A program made the position numbers and the translations under genes. Below, piece by piece: positions 59,836 through 64,000 of a stretch of DNA of 64,000 bases (the stretch's first letter is position 1; every line of letters begins with the position of its first letter). The stretch is from Saccostrea cucullata (lineage: Eukaryota), in the NCBI RefSeq assembly GCF_032062105.1, contig NW_026939883.1, forward strand, positions 1-64,000. Reading direction: 5' to 3'. The notes below the pieces were generated by a model, which worked only from the letters and a program-made list of their open reading frames with translations, searched no databases and was not told the DNA's origin.

Positions 59836-61682
59836 GGGTGTTGCTAAAACGCGGAACGGAAAACGGAACGGAAAACGGAACGGAACGGAAAACGGAAAAT
59901 ATTTCTCAAGCAAATAACAAAGATTCGATATAAATCAGATAACGAGCAATATTCTTGTTGTAAAAGTCACTCCTAATAAAAATTTATTGTAAACTATCAT
60001 ATATTTATGAGTCATACACACATACAAAATGGTACTGAAATTTGACCCCCCCCCCCTCACTTACACACACAAACCATTGGCGTCGGAAGAAAATTGAAAA
60101 AATATACCTTCAAAAAAATTTTGGCATCCAAAAAAAAAACAAAGGAAATGTCTATTTCCCGAACTCGAAAATCCTATTTCGTGGCGGGGGGGGGGGGGGG
60201 GGGGGGGGGAGTTCGAACTTCAATACCAATTTTTTTTTCCAAACACAACCACTTTCCCCATTCTTAACCTATACTGCAGCGTGTCTGTGGAAAGTGGGAG
60301 GGGGGGGGGGGGCTGAACCTACGAAACAATGTTCAATGTTTATACTAAGCATTAGTTAGAATAATCTAACTGTGTCTCGGTACAAGCCCTCACCACATCC
60401 GTAGGACAATATCATTTTAACGATAGAACATTCTATCTAACTAAGTATATATTTGGAAAAAAGAGGGCGCTAAGACCCCCCCCCCCCCCCCCCCCCCCGG
60501 TTCCGAGGCCTATGCAAACACACACACAAAATTGGATTTTCGTGTTTGGGCAAAGGACATTTCCTCCATTTTTGCTTGTCAAATTTGTTGTATGTTTGTA
60601 ATTTTTTTTTCTGACCCCCACCCCCACCCCCTCTTTCAATTTGTTTCCAATGTCAATGTCTGTAAAGACAAAAATAACTAGTTATGATATTCAGATTATG
60701 CACGCAGTGTCGAATTCGCGAATGATGAAAGAGGGAGTGGCAGTTTCGGGTCTGTGTAGGGACCCACAGCCACTTAAAAAATTGATTTATTAAACCTTAT
60801 GTATATTTTGGAGTCAAAAAAGAGGGGGGGGGGGGGTCAGACCTATCACAGCTTATAGGACTTTTCTGATGAGTGGGATTTTTTACGGGGTCATTCATAA
60901 ACAACAACCCCCCCCCCCGCACAACATACAAACATATGTACCTCAAACAAAAAACAAACAAAATTTAAGTTTAAATTGAAAGATTCTGCATTATATCTTC
61001 CACATGAAAGATTTCCAACTTTGTCTACCCAGAAAACGACTCTATTTTGAATAAAATTTAACAACCAGTGAGTATGAGAGATGTTTATTCGAGCTTGCCG
61101 TTAAGATTTGCACTAAACGTGATCTTAATATTTCTTTTACATTTTATTTCTCTTTCCGTGGTTCAATAAGATATCAAATATTGCCCCCCCCCCCCCCCCC
61201 CCAGTCATAACCTTTTTACTACGGAAATGTTCATTCAAGTTCACATCCTCACTTTTTGAGAATGTTATTAATTTAGTAAGTTAGTGTAAAAAAAAAATAG
61301 TACTGAAAGATGTTGAAGTTGAAACTTATTCCCCCGCCCGAATCAAACAATTGTTTTCTTTTTGTGTTTTATGCCCCTCCTGAATCAAACAACCGTCTTC
61401 TTTTTGTGTTTTTGCTTGTCAAATACTTTTCAAGTTCGTTTACTCCCCTCCCCCTTTTCAAATTCGATTCTAGGTGACTGCTATGCTAGCGATTTTCGTA
61501 AATAAGAGATGAGCATGACAAATTCAACTTTTATTTAATAGTGTGGGATTGAATGTGTACAAGATATATCGTTTATGATAAAATTTGTGCATTTTAAATG
61601 ATTTAATCCAAAATAATATATTCCGTTTTCCGTTCCGTTCCGTTTTCCGTTCCGTTTTCCGTTCCGCGTTTTAGCAACACCC
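59836..61682. mobile_element. Mutator(MuDR)-type non-autonomous element
   Basis: ~65-bp near-perfect TIR GGGTGTTGCTAAAACGCGGAACGGAAAACGGAACGG...; 9-bp TSD TTTACGAAA at 59827-59835 and 61683-61691. Confidence 0.92.
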
Positions 61683-64000
61683 TTTACGAAAGGAACAGTA
61701 TGAATTGGTTTGAACACGCAATGCGGACCTTTTTCCAGACACACTTACGCAATGGTAGGAAGTTTGACGCGTTAGGACATCACGTGATTAAGGATGCTGC
61801 AATGGGATGTCTTTTACCAGTTCATGTTTTAAATAACTTAAAGATATGTATGCCGTATTTTTGCACAGCTGAAACCAAACAAAAATTTCTGAAGTATGAT
61901 AAGCTATCAAAAATAAAGCATTCTCTCAAATTCGACGAAATATTATTCGGTATTAACAAAGTACTGGTCGGGAAAAGAACACGATATTCTCATGCATATT
62001 TATAAAGGACTGACGTTTATGTTGGATCTGCGCATGTGCGCGGGAAAAGCATCACGAGAATCATCAGGTCGAGGAAACTATTTTTTGTGACGTCTGTTCA
62101 GCGAGGAACCAACAAGACTGACAAATCGACCAATCAGCTCAATGAGTTGTATTTAATGCATTTATGGGTTACTACTCAGTACATAAATACTTCATGTGTT
62201 TTTCGAACAGGCTAGCTTTTTTTTTTAAAAATAGCTCTCAGAAAGACGTGGTACATTTCCCAAGCATTTACACGCTAAATGCATTATGTACATTATCATC
62301 TACAAATCCCATGCTAACATTTGCATACAAATGAACAATGATAAAAATAAGAGTTTCCCCACTCTATTGTACAGGTCCGTTTGTTTACAATTTCCCCGTG
62401 CTCTACTGACAGTGAAAAGACAATTTCACGTGACTATATATTCCTCGGTACAAAAAGCAAATAACTCTGAGGTGTGCTCACGTATTGACAATGTTTACAA
62501 TGTGTACAACTTCGAAACATACAGTATGCTAACATGAAAAACTGCATTTGTTTGTTTATGTGAGCATGGGAATTCTCAATTAGTAACTATTCTACCTATT
62601 TTTCTAAAACAGGTTTTTTAAGAAATGTAAATTGGCTTTCCAGCCGTCAATTGAACTCGCACCGTACAATTCCCTAACCCACGTGTTTGTAGTGAAAACG
62701 TAGTAGACCATCATGCTTTTCGGTTCATTCACGAGATTGGACCATTGTTTGCTGTGAGCATGCGAGACCACGTGTTCATGAATATTTCAATAAGAGGCGG
62801 TTTAATATCCGATTCGGAGAGAAAATAATTTTTACAAAATAATATTTCATAACTTTTGAAAGTGATGGAGTGGAATTGTCTTAATTGCAGAAATTACCTA
62901 ACTTATGTAACTTGATGAGACACCACATATATTTATTTCTTTAGCAATAAAACACTAATACGGCATATATATCTTTAATGATTGGTTCAAGCGTGCTCCT
63001 ATAGATTCATAGAACCACTTCGCATAAATCTTTCTTTGTACTGGACCGTGAGAACCCCCGTACAATCACGATAGAGAACTTAAGTATATTTTTTAAAAAA
63101 CGATCTTGTAAAGAAATGGGCTTGTCTTTCTGGGGCTCTGGGTTAAGGTCGCCCTATGAGACTGGGCATGTTTAACATTCTTTAAATAGCTTGCCTTTTG
63201 CGAGTGATTAGACAAGAATGTCGGCCTACCACACCGCAACCTGCATACTGTGTTACATATATTATATTTATCTTACTTTATACTTAATATATTGACTCGG
63301 AGGGTTACGGTAAACACACTGCTCTGACGCAATCCCCCAAAGATCAAAACGCCTACGAATCAAAACACAAGATCAATAGACGTCTACACAAGTACGCTCA
63401 TTGAAGGTTATTTTCCACAAAAACTTATTTTTAAAGGAGTGCTCCGCGCATGGACGGCTATATAGGCCACTCGACACACGCAGTCAATGAATGAACTGTG
63501 AATCTGCACTATTTCACTCTGCAGGCACTTAGTATTTGATATGAACGCATATTTCCTTTCTCTCAAAAGACAGATCATCAGATCCATGTGCCTTTAAAGT
63601 GCACACAAAGTACACTTGTCTCTAAGAGTTTAACGAGAGGGTTAATCAGGTACGATACTAGAAATAACATCTGAAAATGGCTAGAATAACTGTGGTCAAA
63701 TTAAAATTAAGATTTAAATTTTAGAAGAAATCAAAGTTCGGTTGTGTTATAATGTACCCATATGAAAGGACAATTAACCAGGCATTTCGTTGATATACAT
63801 GTATTCAAAATGACCTACGAGATAACCGACTTTGGTCGACGATAAAAATTCGATCAGTTACATCAGCTTTTATGGTAATTACGGCAACTTATGTAATGAG
63901 AGAGACTACAGGTGAACGAGTCAACCGTATTTTTAAAAAAAAGGAAAAGGAAACAAAAGGTCGGGGGACTGATTAATGCAACAGTGCCAGCATGGCACCA

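Noticed and set aside
61836-63600. Crypton/Kolobok-like element bounded by TTAAAG...CCTTTAA
   Set aside because: Several candidate ends and no clear matching TIR pair.

Overview
AT-rich animal (non-prokaryotic) genomic DNA with GT-AG introns. The repeat content (Helentron/HINE-like elements, TTAA-flanked Kolobok-type elements, Penelope-like RT relic) suggests a bivalve such as an oyster (inference). Five spliced genes were reconstructed by hand: the 3' half of CUL5 (+, 110-3337), complete POLR2F/RPB6 (-, 6428-13882), an unnamed 10-exon gene (+, 17357-22341), a complete PP6 regulatory subunit PPP6R/SAPS (-, 27329-45560, 26 coding exons) and SINHCAF/FAM60A (+, 48248-55093). The last two share a bidirectional promoter. 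Top finding: the unnamed gene looks like a strongly derived SLBP-like protein. It has two copies of a SLIP1/MIF4GD-binding-type motif (SWADAVEEQE, SWAERVEEEE), what may be a collapsed histone stem-loop RNA-binding domain, and about 60 copies of a 9-aa repeat that are interrupted by frameshifts in this sequence. Other highlights: a young KolobokP-like composite element with ~663-bp long terminal direct repeats, nested in a Harbinger-type element in a POLR2F intron; a 31-bp P-element-like excision footprint; tandem-duplicated splice donors in CUL5 and PPP6R; many nested MITEs with readable TSDs; and nuclear-receptor half-site arrays in TE-poor SINHCAF introns. All homology calls come from recalled sequences, not database searches.
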